A stretch of 64,000 nucleotides of DNA from Bdellovibrionales bacterium (GCA_019695175.1 JAIBAM010000012.1:24-64023); one strand, 5' to 3'; counted from the stretch's first letter, positions 49,095 to 59,359 are shown. Made by a program: numbers and translations. The notes: generated by a model not told the origin, from the sequence alone.

Positions 49095-49466
49095 CTACCC
49101 AGCTTTGTCAAAAAGATGACCAGCACTTTTTTCTTTATTTCGTGTGGAGGCCCAAAGCTCTGCTTCTGATAAACGACGAACGATATGACCTGAAGGATCT
49201 TCAATAAAAATCACCCGGCAGTCTTCGAGTTGTTCCACTCTAACTTTCAGTTGATGAATTTGCATTCCGGGAAATTCTTTTAAAGTTTGTAAAGCGTTAT
49301 TAAATTCTTCCTCAGTTAAATGCCGTTTTAGTTCCTGTTCTTGAGGGTCTCTGCGCCCTTGACCATCCCGATCACTACTTTGATTTAAACGAACTGACTC
49401 CTTGCCGTCTGTCTTAAGACGAGAGTCAATGGGTGGAATGGAATGGGTCAGCCCTTTAATATTCAT
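49095..49466 (-). CDS. flaG: Flagellar protein FlaG
   Basis: 'LKVRVEQLEDCRVIFIEDPSGHIVRRLSEAELW' matches the FlaG core. Positioned upstream of fliD. Confidence 0.75.
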   Translation of the reverse strand: MNIKGLTHSIPPIDSRLKTDGKESVRLNQSSDRDGQGRRDPQEQELKRHLTEEEFNNALQTLKEFPGMQIHQLKVRVEQLEDCRVIFIEDPSGHIVRRLSEAELWASTRNKEKSAGHLFDKAG

Positions 49467-49540
49467 TAAGGTCCCATTCGGAAGAAATAAATTTGAAGTT
49501 TAATAGAAAAATTTAAGCAAAAAAAATATGACGTAGTTTC

Positions 49541-51604
49541 TTAAATCATATTTATTGGATCAATGTCTATAATGAGTTCTACTCCTCTTGGAATCCATTT
49601 TTTATTGTAAATAATTTGTTTACAAAACGTTTTTAAATGCCCTGGATCAGGGCTTTTAATTAAAAGTTGGAAACGATACTTATTTCTTAATTTTAAAATG
49701 GGAGCTGGTGCTGGACCTAGCCATTCCAAAGCAGCAAAAGTGGGATGTTGAGTTTGAATCAGTTCTAATATCGATTTTAATTTTTTTGCAGTCATCTCGG
49801 TTTGTTGAAGTTGCGAACTTTGCATACGCAGAAGTGCCAAACGACAAAATGGAGGATAGTTAAGTTCTTTTCGAATCTCCAATTCTTTTTCTGCAAAACC
49901 ACTATAGTCATGGTCGCAAGTAAAGGTTATTGAAGGATGATTTGGATTGTAGGTCTGAATGAACACAGCCCCTGGATGAAGGGAGTGCCTTCCGGCTCGA
50001 CCTGCCATTTGCGTGAGAATTTGAAAGCTTCTTTCCCCAGCCCTGAAATCTGGTAAGGAAAAACCAACATCTGCCATCACCAAACCAACAAGTGTAAGCC
50101 CAGGAAAATCCAGTCCTTTGGCTATCATTTGTGTTCCAATCAAGATATCAATTTCCCTTTGTTCAACTTTGCGAATTAATTCTTCCAATTCTTCTCTACC
50201 AGTAATCTCATCTCGGTCAGCACGAGCCACTCGTGCTTGTGGAAACAACTGTTTTATATCCTTCTCAAGAAGTTCCGTTCCCATTCCGAGGGGTTGAATT
50301 TCACCAGACAGACAAGAAGAGCATTGTGTGGAAAGCTGCTCATTGTAGTCGCAATAATGACACACCAAGTGTTTTCCGTGATGAAGAGTTAAAGAAATCG
50401 CACAATGAGGACATTCTTTTTTAAAACCACACGATCGACAAAGTGCCAATTGTGCTAAACCTCTTCTGTTTAAAAACAAAGCTCCTTGTTCCTTTGCTGA
50501 AAGTGCTTTGAGTAAGGAGTGATAAAGCTGTTTGGACATCCAAAAAGGAAGGGATTTTTCAAGAGGGAGTCTTTGTGGTGCAAAATGGCTTTCGACCTCA
50601 TCTTCCCGATTTTTTCTTCGTTCAGCTCTTAAATCGATGACAGAAATATTGGGTAAGGATCTGTTGGCCACTCTTTCTTTCATTTGGAGCAAATGATATC
50701 GACCTTCTTGGGCCCGAGCCCAAGATTCTAATGAAGGTGTTGCAGAACCCAATACAATAGGAAACTGGGCCATTTTAGCTAACATAATCGCAGCATCCCT
50801 TGCGTGGTATCTTAGTTGACTGTCTTGTTTAAAACTAGATTCATGCTCTTCATCAATGATGATGATCCCCAAATTGGGTATGGGGCAAAAAAGGGCTGAA
50901 CGGGCTCCAATAAGAATTTGTTTTTTTTCTTCAACAATGGACCACCATTGTTCTGTTTTTTCCATTGGAGTTAAGTGGCTATGTAATAAAGCACAGGCCG
51001 AACCAAAGCGTCTGGTAAATCTTTCCACGAGCTGTGGGGTGAGTGAGATTTCCGGTACAAGAACCAGTCCTTTTTTTCCTTGTTTAATTGTTTCATCAAG
51101 CAGTCGCAAATAGACTTCAGATTTTCCTGATCCTGTAACTCCATGGAGTAAATGTACTTTAAATTGTTCTTGAACTGAAATTTGTTCTAGAACTTGGTTT
51201 TGTTCAAAAGTTAAATCAGGAAGTGATGATTTAGAGTACTCTTTTAAAACAGGATTTTTTTTTGATTTAATTTTTCTCTTTCGATGACTTTTGGGAGGAA
51301 ATGCCATTTCCATAACTAATCCAATGGGGTGGAGGTAATACTCAGACAACCACTCCAGCCATGAAAGAAAAGGATCTTTAAGTCGAGGTCGCTCTTTATT
51401 GATTTGGATTATTTCTTTCAATAAATAATTACCCGCGTTGGTATCGGCAAAACCTAAAACAACACCAGTCGTATTGCGGGATCCTAAGGGAACAATAACA
51501 CTGTCACCCCTTTTGGGAGAATCACCCTTTGAGGGAAGAAGGTATAACAAAGGCTCTGCTAATGGTGCATTCACCGCAACCTTGTAAAAGGAGGGAGTTT
51601 TCAT
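49541..51604 (-). CDS. priA: Primosomal replication-restart helicase PriA
   Basis: Walker A 'GVTGSGKSEVYL', 'IIIDEEHE', and the Cys-rich insertion 'CRSCGFKKECPHCAISLTLHHGKHLVCHYCDY'. Confidence 0.92.
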   Translation of the reverse strand: MKTPSFYKVAVNAPLAEPLLYLLPSKGDSPKRGDSVIVPLGSRNTTGVVLGFADTNAGNYLLKEIIQINKERPRLKDPFLSWLEWLSEYYLHPIGLVMEMAFPPKSHRKRKIKSKKNPVLKEYSKSSLPDLTFEQNQVLEQISVQEQFKVHLLHGVTGSGKSEVYLRLLDETIKQGKKGLVLVPEISLTPQLVERFTRRFGSACALLHSHLTPMEKTEQWWSIVEEKKQILIGARSALFCPIPNLGIIIIDEEHESSFKQDSQLRYHARDAAIMLAKMAQFPIVLGSATPSLESWARAQEGRYHLLQMKERVANRSLPNISVIDLRAERRKNREDEVESHFAPQRLPLEKSLPFWMSKQLYHSLLKALSAKEQGALFLNRRGLAQLALCRSCGFKKECPHCAISLTLHHGKHLVCHYCDYNEQLSTQCSSCLSGEIQPLGMGTELLEKDIKQLFPQARVARADRDEITGREELEELIRKVEQREIDILIGTQMIAKGLDFPGLTLVGLVMADVGFSLPDFRAGERSFQILTQMAGRAGRHSLHPGAVFIQTYNPNHPSITFTCDHDYSGFAEKELEIRKELNYPPFCRLALLRMQSSQLQQTEMTAKKLKSILELIQTQHPTFAALEWLGPAPAPILKLRNKYRFQLLIKSPDPGHLKTFCKQIIYNKKWIPRGVELIIDIDPINMI

Positions 51605-52557
51605 CGAAATCGATTGTAAAATTCACGAATTAAATCCTGATCTGACCATTTTGGCGATGGGGTGTTTTGCTTTTTTTCTAAAGAAGAAGTTTTAAAGAGT
51701 TCTCCATTTTTAAAATTATTTTTACCCAGTGTCTGAACCCGATTTAGTTGAATTTGCACCGACTTGTTCTCCCAAGTAACGGATCGAGTTTTAGGAAGCC
51801 AGAGTCCCTCTGGTTGTCGAAAATAATCCTCTGTCGTCACCGTGGCTTGGGAGGGCAATTTAAGTTTTCTAACTACAAATTGATCTTGTTCAATCCAAAT
51901 GCCTGAAGTGTATCCACTGGATGGATCCTTTGCGGGAATTCCTATGACGTAAGATATGGAGCCAAGAACACGGGATAAACCTATAAATGGTTGGGGTTGG
52001 TATTTGAATTCGCCAGTTGGGCTCGGAATTGTAACTCGATCCTTCAGTGAGGTGGGAGGGGTTATTTTCACAGCGACCAAGTGGTTTTTCATATTTTTTG
52101 AAACTCTAAAATAAAAATAGGGTTCAATCCAGTCTTCCCCAAGACGTTTAGATTGGACGGTATTGTCAAACCAATATTTTTTTTGTTGATCGTAAATGAG
52201 AACACCTTGAACGATCCCTTTAAGGGAGTTTCGACCTTCGATTTGTACCTTCATCATGTTTTCATTGGCAATCCACCAGGTTTCATGAACAACCAAAGGC
52301 TCGTCTGTGACATGAAAGATCACGTCTTGATCGATTTGATAAAGTCCAGAGCCATGTTGTTCCGCAGTTTTAGAAAGAATAAGGTTATATTCTGGAATGT
52401 AGGCCGCAGCTAAAGAGCTTCGAATCAATATAAAAAAAGAGAGCATTATATAAATAATATTTGTATTATTTATTAAAAATAAATAAAGAGCCCTACTTTT
52501 GAATGAAAAAATTCTTTGCTTCTCCATGGTTTCATCCCTTGATAAATTACGGTTCAA
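51601..52557 (-). CDS. Hypothetical exported protein
   Basis: 318-aa ORF with a hydrophobic N-terminal segment. Overlaps galU (11 nt) and priA (4 nt), so it is translationally coupled. No recognised motif. Confidence 0.5.
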   Translation of the reverse strand: MNRNLSRDETMEKQRIFSFKSRALYLFLINNTNIIYIMLSFFILIRSSLAAAYIPEYNLILSKTAEQHGSGLYQIDQDVIFHVTDEPLVVHETWWIANENMMKVQIEGRNSLKGIVQGVLIYDQQKKYWFDNTVQSKRLGEDWIEPYFYFRVSKNMKNHLVAVKITPPTSLKDRVTIPSPTGEFKYQPQPFIGLSRVLGSISYVIGIPAKDPSSGYTSGIWIEQDQFVVRKLKLPSQATVTTEDYFRQPEGLWLPKTRSVTWENKSVQIQLNRVQTLGKNNFKNGELFKTSSLEKKQNTPSPKWSDQDLIREFYNRFR

Positions 52558-53440
52558 AATTTTTTATTAAATCTTTAAGATAATTCTGCAGTTCATTTCG
52601 CAAATCAGGTCGTGATAAAGCCAGTTCTATGTTGGCTTTCAGAAAACCCATTTTATCGCCAGTGTCATAACGTTTTTCTCTAATCTGTAAGGCCAACATT
52701 CCATGTTGTTGTGTCATTTTGTTCATAGCATCTGTAAGCTGGATTTCACCCTGAATACCAGGGGAAGTTTCCGAAAGATATTTGAAGATTTCTTTTTCAA
52801 AAACATATCGTCCTGGAAGAGCTAGTTGACTTATACCGGGTTTAGGTTGGGGTTTTTCCACTAGGGATTCCACTTGAAAAATTCGATCTCGAAGCGGTCT
52901 CCCAGAGATAATACCGTATTTATTTACCTCTTCTAAAGGAACTTTCATGACGGCGACACAACTTTGTTTATGGGTTTCATACAAGTCACAAAGTTGGGCT
53001 GTCACATTGCTTTGATGGGGTTCGCTTACCACAATTTCATCGCCTAATAAAAGAGCAAATGGTTCGTCCCCAACGATTGGTTTCGCGGTAAAAACAGCAT
53101 GGCCCAAACCCAGAGGATATTTTTGCCGAATGCTAATTAAATTGGCGAGGTTTTTTATTTTTTGAATTTCCTGGAGAAGTTCAATCTTATTGGTCCTGGT
53201 TAAAGCCTCCTCCAGTTCGTATGAAGTGTCGAAAAAATCTTCAATGGCATTTTTTCCTCGACCTTGAATAAGAACTATATCTTCAATACCGGCTTGAACA
53301 GCCTCTTCGACCACATAAAGCAAAATGGGTCTGTCCACAATAGTTAACATTTCTTTTGGGATTGTCTTTGTGGCGGGAAGAAATCGTGTTCCCAAGCCCG
53401 CAGCGGGAATAATGGCCTTTTTAATTTTACGTCCACTCAT
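52547..53440 (-). CDS. galU: UTP--glucose-1-phosphate uridylyltransferase
   Basis: 'KAIIPAAGLGTRFLPATKTIPKEMLTIVDRP' and 'VEKP' motifs. Confidence 0.92.
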   Translation of the reverse strand: MSGRKIKKAIIPAAGLGTRFLPATKTIPKEMLTIVDRPILLYVVEEAVQAGIEDIVLIQGRGKNAIEDFFDTSYELEEALTRTNKIELLQEIQKIKNLANLISIRQKYPLGLGHAVFTAKPIVGDEPFALLLGDEIVVSEPHQSNVTAQLCDLYETHKQSCVAVMKVPLEEVNKYGIISGRPLRDRIFQVESLVEKPQPKPGISQLALPGRYVFEKEIFKYLSETSPGIQGEIQLTDAMNKMTQQHGMLALQIREKRYDTGDKMGFLKANIELALSRPDLRNELQNYLKDLIKNFEP

Positions 53441-53481
53441 GTGGACAGAAAAACATAAATCGATTCAATTGGCAATGAAGA

Positions 53482-54564
53482 CTACTTCAGTGACTCGCGT
53501 AAATAAGCACTGGCCATATCCATAAACCAAACAACTGCTGCAATGACAACAATAAGACACCCCACTTGAGGCCACATTGCTCGCATCGAATACTGATTAA
53601 GAAGCGTTCCAATTCCTCCTCCACCTGCAAATCCAATAATCGTAGCCATACGAACATTAATATCCCAACGATAGATGGTAAATGAAATGTAAGGGAGGAC
53701 AACCTGAGGCACAATGGCAAACCAAATAGTTTGGATTAAATTAGCTCCTGTGGATTGAATGCCTTCAATGGGTCCTTCATTCACACTCTCCACTATTTCT
53801 GAATATTGTTTGGTCAGAGAGGCCACAGAGTGGATCATCAAAGCAAGCATTCCAGAAAACGAACCAATTCCAACCCAAACAGAAAATATAATCGCCCAAA
53901 TAATGGGTTCTATGGAGCGAATGATATTTAAAAAAGTGCGCATCAGTCCATAAAATGCAAAAGCTAATGGGTGCTTCATAATATTTTTTGCACTAAGAAA
54001 GGCCAGAAAAAAAGCAATGGGAATTGCCAAAACTGTGGCCATAAAAGCAATAAAAATTGTTTCAATTACTTTAAGGACGGCAATGGGAAGAATAGACCAA
54101 TCAGGAGAAGCAATTTGACGAAATAATTGGGAAGCTGAGTTCAAACCCTGCGGATCGAAGAGTTCACCAAAAGAAAAATGCGTTTGGATGGCGCCAGTAA
54201 TGAAAACTAAAACAAGAGTGAGCAAAAGTTGCCAACCCCAGACCGTGGAGAAAAAACTGTGGGTAGAGTGATTTAATTTATATTTTGGGGATTCAAAAAG
54301 GTGAGCACCTAATGTCTTATAACGAGATGAAATTATTTTTTTAATCTCACTTTGTTTTTTTCCATAACAACAGGAAATGAGAATAGAACTTAGCCCACTT
54401 CCGACAATAAAAAAGATTAGAAAGACAAGAGCGTTTCGATGTAAAGACAGCAATTGCTCTTCTGTTGGATGTAAAATTGCAACGGTGAGGATGGATCCGA
54501 CCACAGCAAAATTAATTGCATCAAAAAAAATAGCTTTAATCGAGAAAAAGTTATATGTTTTCAT
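53482..54564 (-). CDS. phnE: Phosphonate ABC transporter permease (long form)
   Basis: 'EGIQSTGANLIQTIWFAIVPQVVLPYISFTIYRWDINVRMATIIGFAGGGGIG' matches the PhnE signature region. It has an extra N-terminal membrane domain. Confidence 0.8.
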   Translation of the reverse strand: MKTYNFFSIKAIFFDAINFAVVGSILTVAILHPTEEQLLSLHRNALVFLIFFIVGSGLSSILISCCYGKKQSEIKKIISSRYKTLGAHLFESPKYKLNHSTHSFFSTVWGWQLLLTLVLVFITGAIQTHFSFGELFDPQGLNSASQLFRQIASPDWSILPIAVLKVIETIFIAFMATVLAIPIAFFLAFLSAKNIMKHPLAFAFYGLMRTFLNIIRSIEPIIWAIIFSVWVGIGSFSGMLALMIHSVASLTKQYSEIVESVNEGPIEGIQSTGANLIQTIWFAIVPQVVLPYISFTIYRWDINVRMATIIGFAGGGGIGTLLNQYSMRAMWPQVGCLIVVIAAVVWFMDMASAYLRESLK

Positions 54565-55355
54565 TAATTAACATGAACCTCTCGGGCCTCTTCGCCGTAT
54601 ATTTTTGTAAACCATTCTGGAGTGATTTCGCTGGGGTGACCTTGGTAAACGATTTCACCTTTACGTAGGGCAATCACTCGTGTGGCATACTGCTTCACCA
54701 AACTCAAAAAATGAAGATTGCAAATAACAGTTATATTTAACTCTTGATTGACCTTTTTTAGATAGTCCATAACCGTATGGCATGTGGCAGGATCAAGGCT
54801 TGCGACAGGTTCATCCGCCAACAATATTTTGGGGTTTTGACTTAAAGCTCGCGCTATAGCCACACGCTGTTGTTGTCCCCCCGATAGTTGATCGACCCGA
54901 AGCGAAGCTTTTTCTTCAATACCTACAAGTCTAAGATACTCGAGGGCTTGTTTTTTATCTTTGGCGCTAAACTGACTAAATAGGCTAGCAAGAGTGGAAG
55001 TTGAACTCAATCGTCCCATCAAGACATTACTAAGCACAGAGTAACGGGGAATAAGATTAAAATGCTGAAATATCATGGCTGCTTGCTTGCGAAGTTCACG
55101 TAACTTTTGTCCTTTTAATTGGGTCACATCGACTCCATTAAAAAGGATTTCTCCGGAAGAGGGGTCATGCAAACGATTGATGCAACGAAGTAAGGTTGAT
55201 TTTCCCGAACCCGACAGTCCAATAATGACCAAAAACTCACCGCGCTTTACATCAAAACAAATATTATTTAATGCATGAAAGCCATTATTGTAGATTTTAT
55301 TTAAATTCTTAATACTTAAAATATTGCTGCTAGAGGTGTTTTCTGCTGAATTCAT
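54564..55355 (-). CDS. phnC: Phosphonate ABC transporter ATP-binding protein
   Basis: Walker A 'GLSGSGKST', signature 'LSGGQQQRVAIARAL' and Walker B 'ILLADEP'. Sits between phnD and phnE. Confidence 0.85.
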   Translation of the reverse strand: MNSAENTSSSNILSIKNLNKIYNNGFHALNNICFDVKRGEFLVIIGLSGSGKSTLLRCINRLHDPSSGEILFNGVDVTQLKGQKLRELRKQAAMIFQHFNLIPRYSVLSNVLMGRLSSTSTLASLFSQFSAKDKKQALEYLRLVGIEEKASLRVDQLSGGQQQRVAIARALSQNPKILLADEPVASLDPATCHTVMDYLKKVNQELNITVICNLHFLSLVKQYATRVIALRKGEIVYQGHPSEITPEWFTKIYGEEAREVHVN

Positions 55356-55362
55356 AGGTTCC

Positions 55363-56328
55363 TCATTTTTTCATCAATCCTTCCACATCAACAGAGAGTT
55401 CTTCGAACATTTTGATTGTGGCACCATATTCAGCGTCTGTTATAGATTTAAAATCAGTAACAGAGAAAGTTTTTTCAAGTGCCAACCGACCCTCTTCTGT
55501 TTGAACAAATTTAATCAGAGCTTCTTTGATACTATTCTTCATCTCAGAGGGGAGGTCTTTTCTGAAAACAATTGGGTCGTTAGGAATTGAAGAGGTGAAC
55601 TCTATAATTTTTATTTTTGATTCCACGTCGGGGTATTGAGACTTTACTAAACGACGAGCATCTTGAATTTCCCCCTTAAAGGGAGGGGAGTAAAATGTGG
55701 CCCCTGCATCCACTTGACCCTGATAGATCATGGACACCACGTTGTCATGGCGTTGGGCAAAGACAGTTTCTTTGGGTTTGATCTTTTTATCCTTAAAAAG
55801 CTTTTGCGGTAAGATGTATCCCGAGGCGGAGCTGGGATCTACAAAAGCGAATTTTTTTCCATTAACATCACTTAAGTTTTTAATCCCACTTTTGTTGTTG
55901 GTTATAATTTGTGCTTTGTAAGAGTCTTCACCATGGCGAACCACTAAAAGGTGAGCTTCTGTACCGTATTTTTTATGAGCCAAAATGTAACCATAGGTAT
56001 TGAGAGAAGCTACATCGGCACGATTGGACCCAAAGGCTTCAACAACAGTAATATAACTGGTTGGTACAGAAACTTGATATTTATAAGGGGTATTTAACTC
56101 AAGATATTTTTTAAGCTCTTTTGCACTGGCTTCCAAAACGCCCATTTCCACAGAGGGAACAAGAAAAAATTTAATCGGGTTTTCAGTCGTACCCAATTCT
56201 GCCCTTTTGTGAGTACATTGAGCGAGCAATAAAACCATTGCGAACCAAATTAAATAGTTATGAATTTTAAGAGGCTTTTCCGAAGTGAAGTATTTAAGTA
56301 ATTTTTTACGCAATTTATTGGGCTTCAA
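55363..56328 (-). CDS. phnD: Phosphate/phosphite/phosphonate ABC transporter substrate-binding protein
   Basis: PhnD-like pattern 'PIKFFLVPSVE...YKYQVSVPTSYITVVEAFGSNRADVASL...SASGYILP' with lipobox-like 'LLLAQC'. TTG start is uncertain. Confidence 0.8.
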   Translation of the reverse strand: MKPNKLRKKLLKYFTSEKPLKIHNYLIWFAMVLLLAQCTHKRAELGTTENPIKFFLVPSVEMGVLEASAKELKKYLELNTPYKYQVSVPTSYITVVEAFGSNRADVASLNTYGYILAHKKYGTEAHLLVVRHGEDSYKAQIITNNKSGIKNLSDVNGKKFAFVDPSSASGYILPQKLFKDKKIKPKETVFAQRHDNVVSMIYQGQVDAGATFYSPPFKGEIQDARRLVKSQYPDVESKIKIIEFTSSIPNDPIVFRKDLPSEMKNSIKEALIKFVQTEEGRLALEKTFSVTDFKSITDAEYGATIKMFEELSVDVEGLMKK

Positions 56329-56609
56329 CTGAGCAACTCTCCATGTTTAATAACAAAACATCCATGGCCCCAGTTCGCTGGAAATTAAGGCCAGCGACGG
56401 AGATGGTTTTGGTCTCGTTTAGACATGACCTCTCCGGTTTGGTTCTAAGACAAGGGGGACCTATTGATTACGTTTTTTCTGGTTAAAAGAAATTCCCGGA
56501 TAAACTAGCAAATTCAACTGAGCATGCAAAGAAGCAAAAATCCCCAAGCTCATTTTATTGCTGTTAGTCAATTATCTAATTGTCCTTTTGGAGATAGATT
56601 TTAAAGATG

Positions 56610-57035
56610 TTAACTTTTTATAATGAAGTTTCGAGAGAGTTCCCATACCATATTTTGGGATTTAATATGTACCAAGTTATACTGGATAATGATCCCATGG
56701 GTTTTCCCTTCCTCCCAATTTAATATTAGAATTTCCAGTTTGTATTGACCTCTGGCGGAGGTTTTAACGGGAGGAGTGAGATTTTTAATCATTTCCCTCG
56801 TTTGGGGGGAGGTCGGGATAACAATGACCTCCTTAAGGTTATACCACCCTCGATGAATTTTATTTTTTTTGATCAAGGTAGCTACATCCTGATCCCAAAG
56901 AATTTGCAACCTTTGAGAAGGAGATGACTGCTCAAGTTGCAAATATTTTTTTCCAGCATAAAGCGAAATAACAACTCCAATAAAAAAAAGAATTGTCCCA
57001 AGCCAACGCGTTTTATTTTGTGTCATTTTTGTCAC
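56610..57035 (-). CDS. Small membrane-anchored hypothetical protein
   Basis: 141-aa ORF with one N-terminal TM helix (WLGTILFFIGVVISLYAG). No recognised motif. Confidence 0.5.
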   Translation of the reverse strand: MTKMTQNKTRWLGTILFFIGVVISLYAGKKYLQLEQSSPSQRLQILWDQDVATLIKKNKIHRGWYNLKEVIVIPTSPQTREMIKNLTPPVKTSARGQYKLEILILNWEEGKTHGIIIQYNLVHIKSQNMVWELSRNFIIKS

Positions 57036-57163
57036 CCAACTTGATTTTTTTGATCATTCCAATAATCCGAAAAAAGGCGCCTCCAAGGTTAAGCTTAAAA
57101 TGTATAGGTCAGCAATACAAAAAGAGTTTGGTTTCTTGACAGGAGAGTCGCATTAACAGGTTC

Positions 57164-58297
57164 TTAAAGATTGCAGTGAAGTTCTATTTTCAACTCTGTG
57201 CCGGGGGCAATGTATTGATTGAATGTCAATCTTTGATAGTCGTCCACGGAATAGGTAACCGGATAGTTAGGGGCGGGATCAAATGTGATATCGACAAGTT
57301 TATCTATGGGTTGGCAAGGCAAAGCGAGGGTTTTAACATTGTTGCCCACATGATTGGCTATATTCCCTAGTTCGTTAGTGTAATTACTGGAACAAATACT
57401 TCCTAAAGTTCCGTCTAAAATATTCCCTCCAGACTTAATATCAAAACTGGGTTGAGAAAGAGCGGCATAATAATTACCGTATTCCCCTTTTACGCGATTT
57501 TGTGAGTTTTGCTGACTAAAACAAGATGAGTCGTTTGGTTTAATAATGATGGAATGGACACTCACCGTTTTTGTATCGCCCAGGTAGGTTTTTATGTTGT
57601 TGGCAAAGGTTTTGGGTAGATCGAGTTCTTCAATGGGATAACCTTGTATTTGACCACCATTAGATCTTTCATCTTCATCCGAAAGAATGATGACAGCAAG
57701 GTGGTTTGAAAAACGAAAAAACCCACTTTGATCCGTTCGAGAAATAGCCTTATTTAAAGCGTAAATTCCTCGCTCGTCCCCTGAAGGGCATTGGGTATAC
57801 CCTGATGTATCACAAGTGAAAGTTTCAGGACGTTTTATGGTTTGCTGAAATTGGGAAATATTATTGTAGTGTTTGGCATCGATAACTCTGGAATTGTTTC
57901 CAATATATTTTAGACCATTAGGAAATGAAATAAATTGACCGGCATTGTTTGTTACATCCGTGGTGATAATCGCTAACTGATAGTCCAATCGCGACAGTGA
58001 ATCTAAAAACCCAGGAAACCTATTGGCCATCTCCGTTTGTTCGGTATACATGGAACCAGAATTATCATCTACGATAAGAATATCCACACTGCCAAAACTC
58101 ATACCGTACTTTAATGTAGCAATACCACTCTTAGAGAGAATGCAGGCATCAGCGCCATAAATATTATTAATTCTTTGACAAAGAGGATTGGGAAGGGAAT
58201 CAAACTGAACCTTTGAACATCCAAAAATGACAAAAACCATTAAAAGAATTAAAATTCCCCAAAAACGCGAACAAAATATAATAAAATAATTTTTCAT
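57164..58297 (-). CDS. vWA (von Willebrand factor A)-like lipoprotein
   Basis: ATG at 58297 gives MKNYFIIFCSRFWGILILLMVFVIFGCS (lipobox). MIDAS-like 'DILIVDDNSGSM' (DxSxS) and 'AVIILSDEDE'. Confidence 0.65.
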   Translation of the reverse strand: MKNYFIIFCSRFWGILILLMVFVIFGCSKVQFDSLPNPLCQRINNIYGADACILSKSGIATLKYGMSFGSVDILIVDDNSGSMYTEQTEMANRFPGFLDSLSRLDYQLAIITTDVTNNAGQFISFPNGLKYIGNNSRVIDAKHYNNISQFQQTIKRPETFTCDTSGYTQCPSGDERGIYALNKAISRTDQSGFFRFSNHLAVIILSDEDERSNGGQIQGYPIEELDLPKTFANNIKTYLGDTKTVSVHSIIIKPNDSSCFSQQNSQNRVKGEYGNYYAALSQPSFDIKSGGNILDGTLGSICSSNYTNELGNIANHVGNNVKTLALPCQPIDKLVDITFDPAPNYPVTYSVDDYQRLTFNQYIAPGTELKIELHCNL

Positions 58298-58537
58298 GTT
58301 AATTCTTAAAGAACACAATCCGTGCCATAAAATTATTTGTATTTACTTTACTGAAATTACTAAATAATTATTATTTTTGCCAAAAGATGGATTTGGTTAA
58401 TCTGTGGTCATCTGTCAACAGCCTTAAAATAATCTTTTTATTTCAATGGCTTACATAGATTCTTCTAAAGACACAGTGACAATTTTGGGAGGCAAGACGG
58501 AAGTTTAAAAAACAATGCTTATGAGGGAGCCAAAAAA

Positions 58538-59359
58538 ATGAAATCAAATTCTTTTTGCTTAGTCCTATTTCTTATAATGTCGCTCACGACATGTGTTTCT
58601 TCTGAGAAAAAAACTCTTCAAGAAGTAATTCGAACAGAGTCTATTTTTGATCACCTTTCCCAATACAAAAGTTTAAACTGTACTGTAACCGTTCAATTAG
58701 CAGAACCTGTTAAATCCAACTGGATGATGGTTTGGAAAGAGTCTTCTCAAGACCAGAGATCGAAGCGCAAAGAAATAAAAAAAGAAAAACTTTGGTTTGA
58801 AAAAATGAAAGACTTTGAAAAAACAGAATACATTTGGTCGACATCACCCTATCGCTGTGAAGTGTTCCCAAGGTCGCAAAACCAAAGCCCGGATAAAACT
58901 ATTGCAGCGTTATACCAGGATACAGAAAATAAACTGAAAATATTGTTATGTACTTGGATGCAGAGCTTTTATTCTGATTCCCCCTTAAGGGGATGGCAAA
59001 AAGGAGGGGCGAAAATTTATGAGACGGATCAGGGTTTTAAATTGCAAAAGGGAACCTACCAGTGGATTGAATATAAAAACAATCCTTTGGAAAAGCTTTC
59101 GCCCATTTTCCATGCGCAACTAGGTCAAAATATTTCATTGGAAGCTCAATATATCTTATTGAGAGGCTTTTTTCTCCCCCAAACTATTGAGTATGGGTCT
59201 CAAGGACTCCACAGCCGGCTTCAGGTAGTAGAATACGAAAGTGAAAAGTTGAATCAAAAAATGGTGCCCACTCAAATACAGTATTTTATAGGGGCAGAAA
59301 AAAGTAAAAATGAACAACCAATTTACTTCAGTTTAAAAATCTCTCGTTGTGAAAATTAA
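58538..59359 (+). CDS. Hypothetical lipoprotein
   Basis: Signal peptide and lipobox 'LIMSLTTCVSS'. No recognised domain. Confidence 0.55.
   Translation: MKSNSFCLVLFLIMSLTTCVSSEKKTLQEVIRTESIFDHLSQYKSLNCTVTVQLAEPVKSNWMMVWKESSQDQRSKRKEIKKEKLWFEKMKDFEKTEYIWSTSPYRCEVFPRSQNQSPDKTIAALYQDTENKLKILLCTWMQSFYSDSPLRGWQKGGAKIYETDQGFKLQKGTYQWIEYKNNPLEKLSPIFHAQLGQNISLEAQYILLRGFFLPQTIEYGSQGLHSRLQVVEYESEKLNQKMVPTQIQYFIGAEKSKNEQPIYFSLKISRCEN

Noticed and set aside
49476-49502. Sigma-28 promoter (TAAA-N16-CCGAAT) upstream of flaG
   Set aside because: The -10-like element ends only about 9 nt before the flaG ATG, leaving no room for a leader or RBS. The match to GCCGATAA is also poor.
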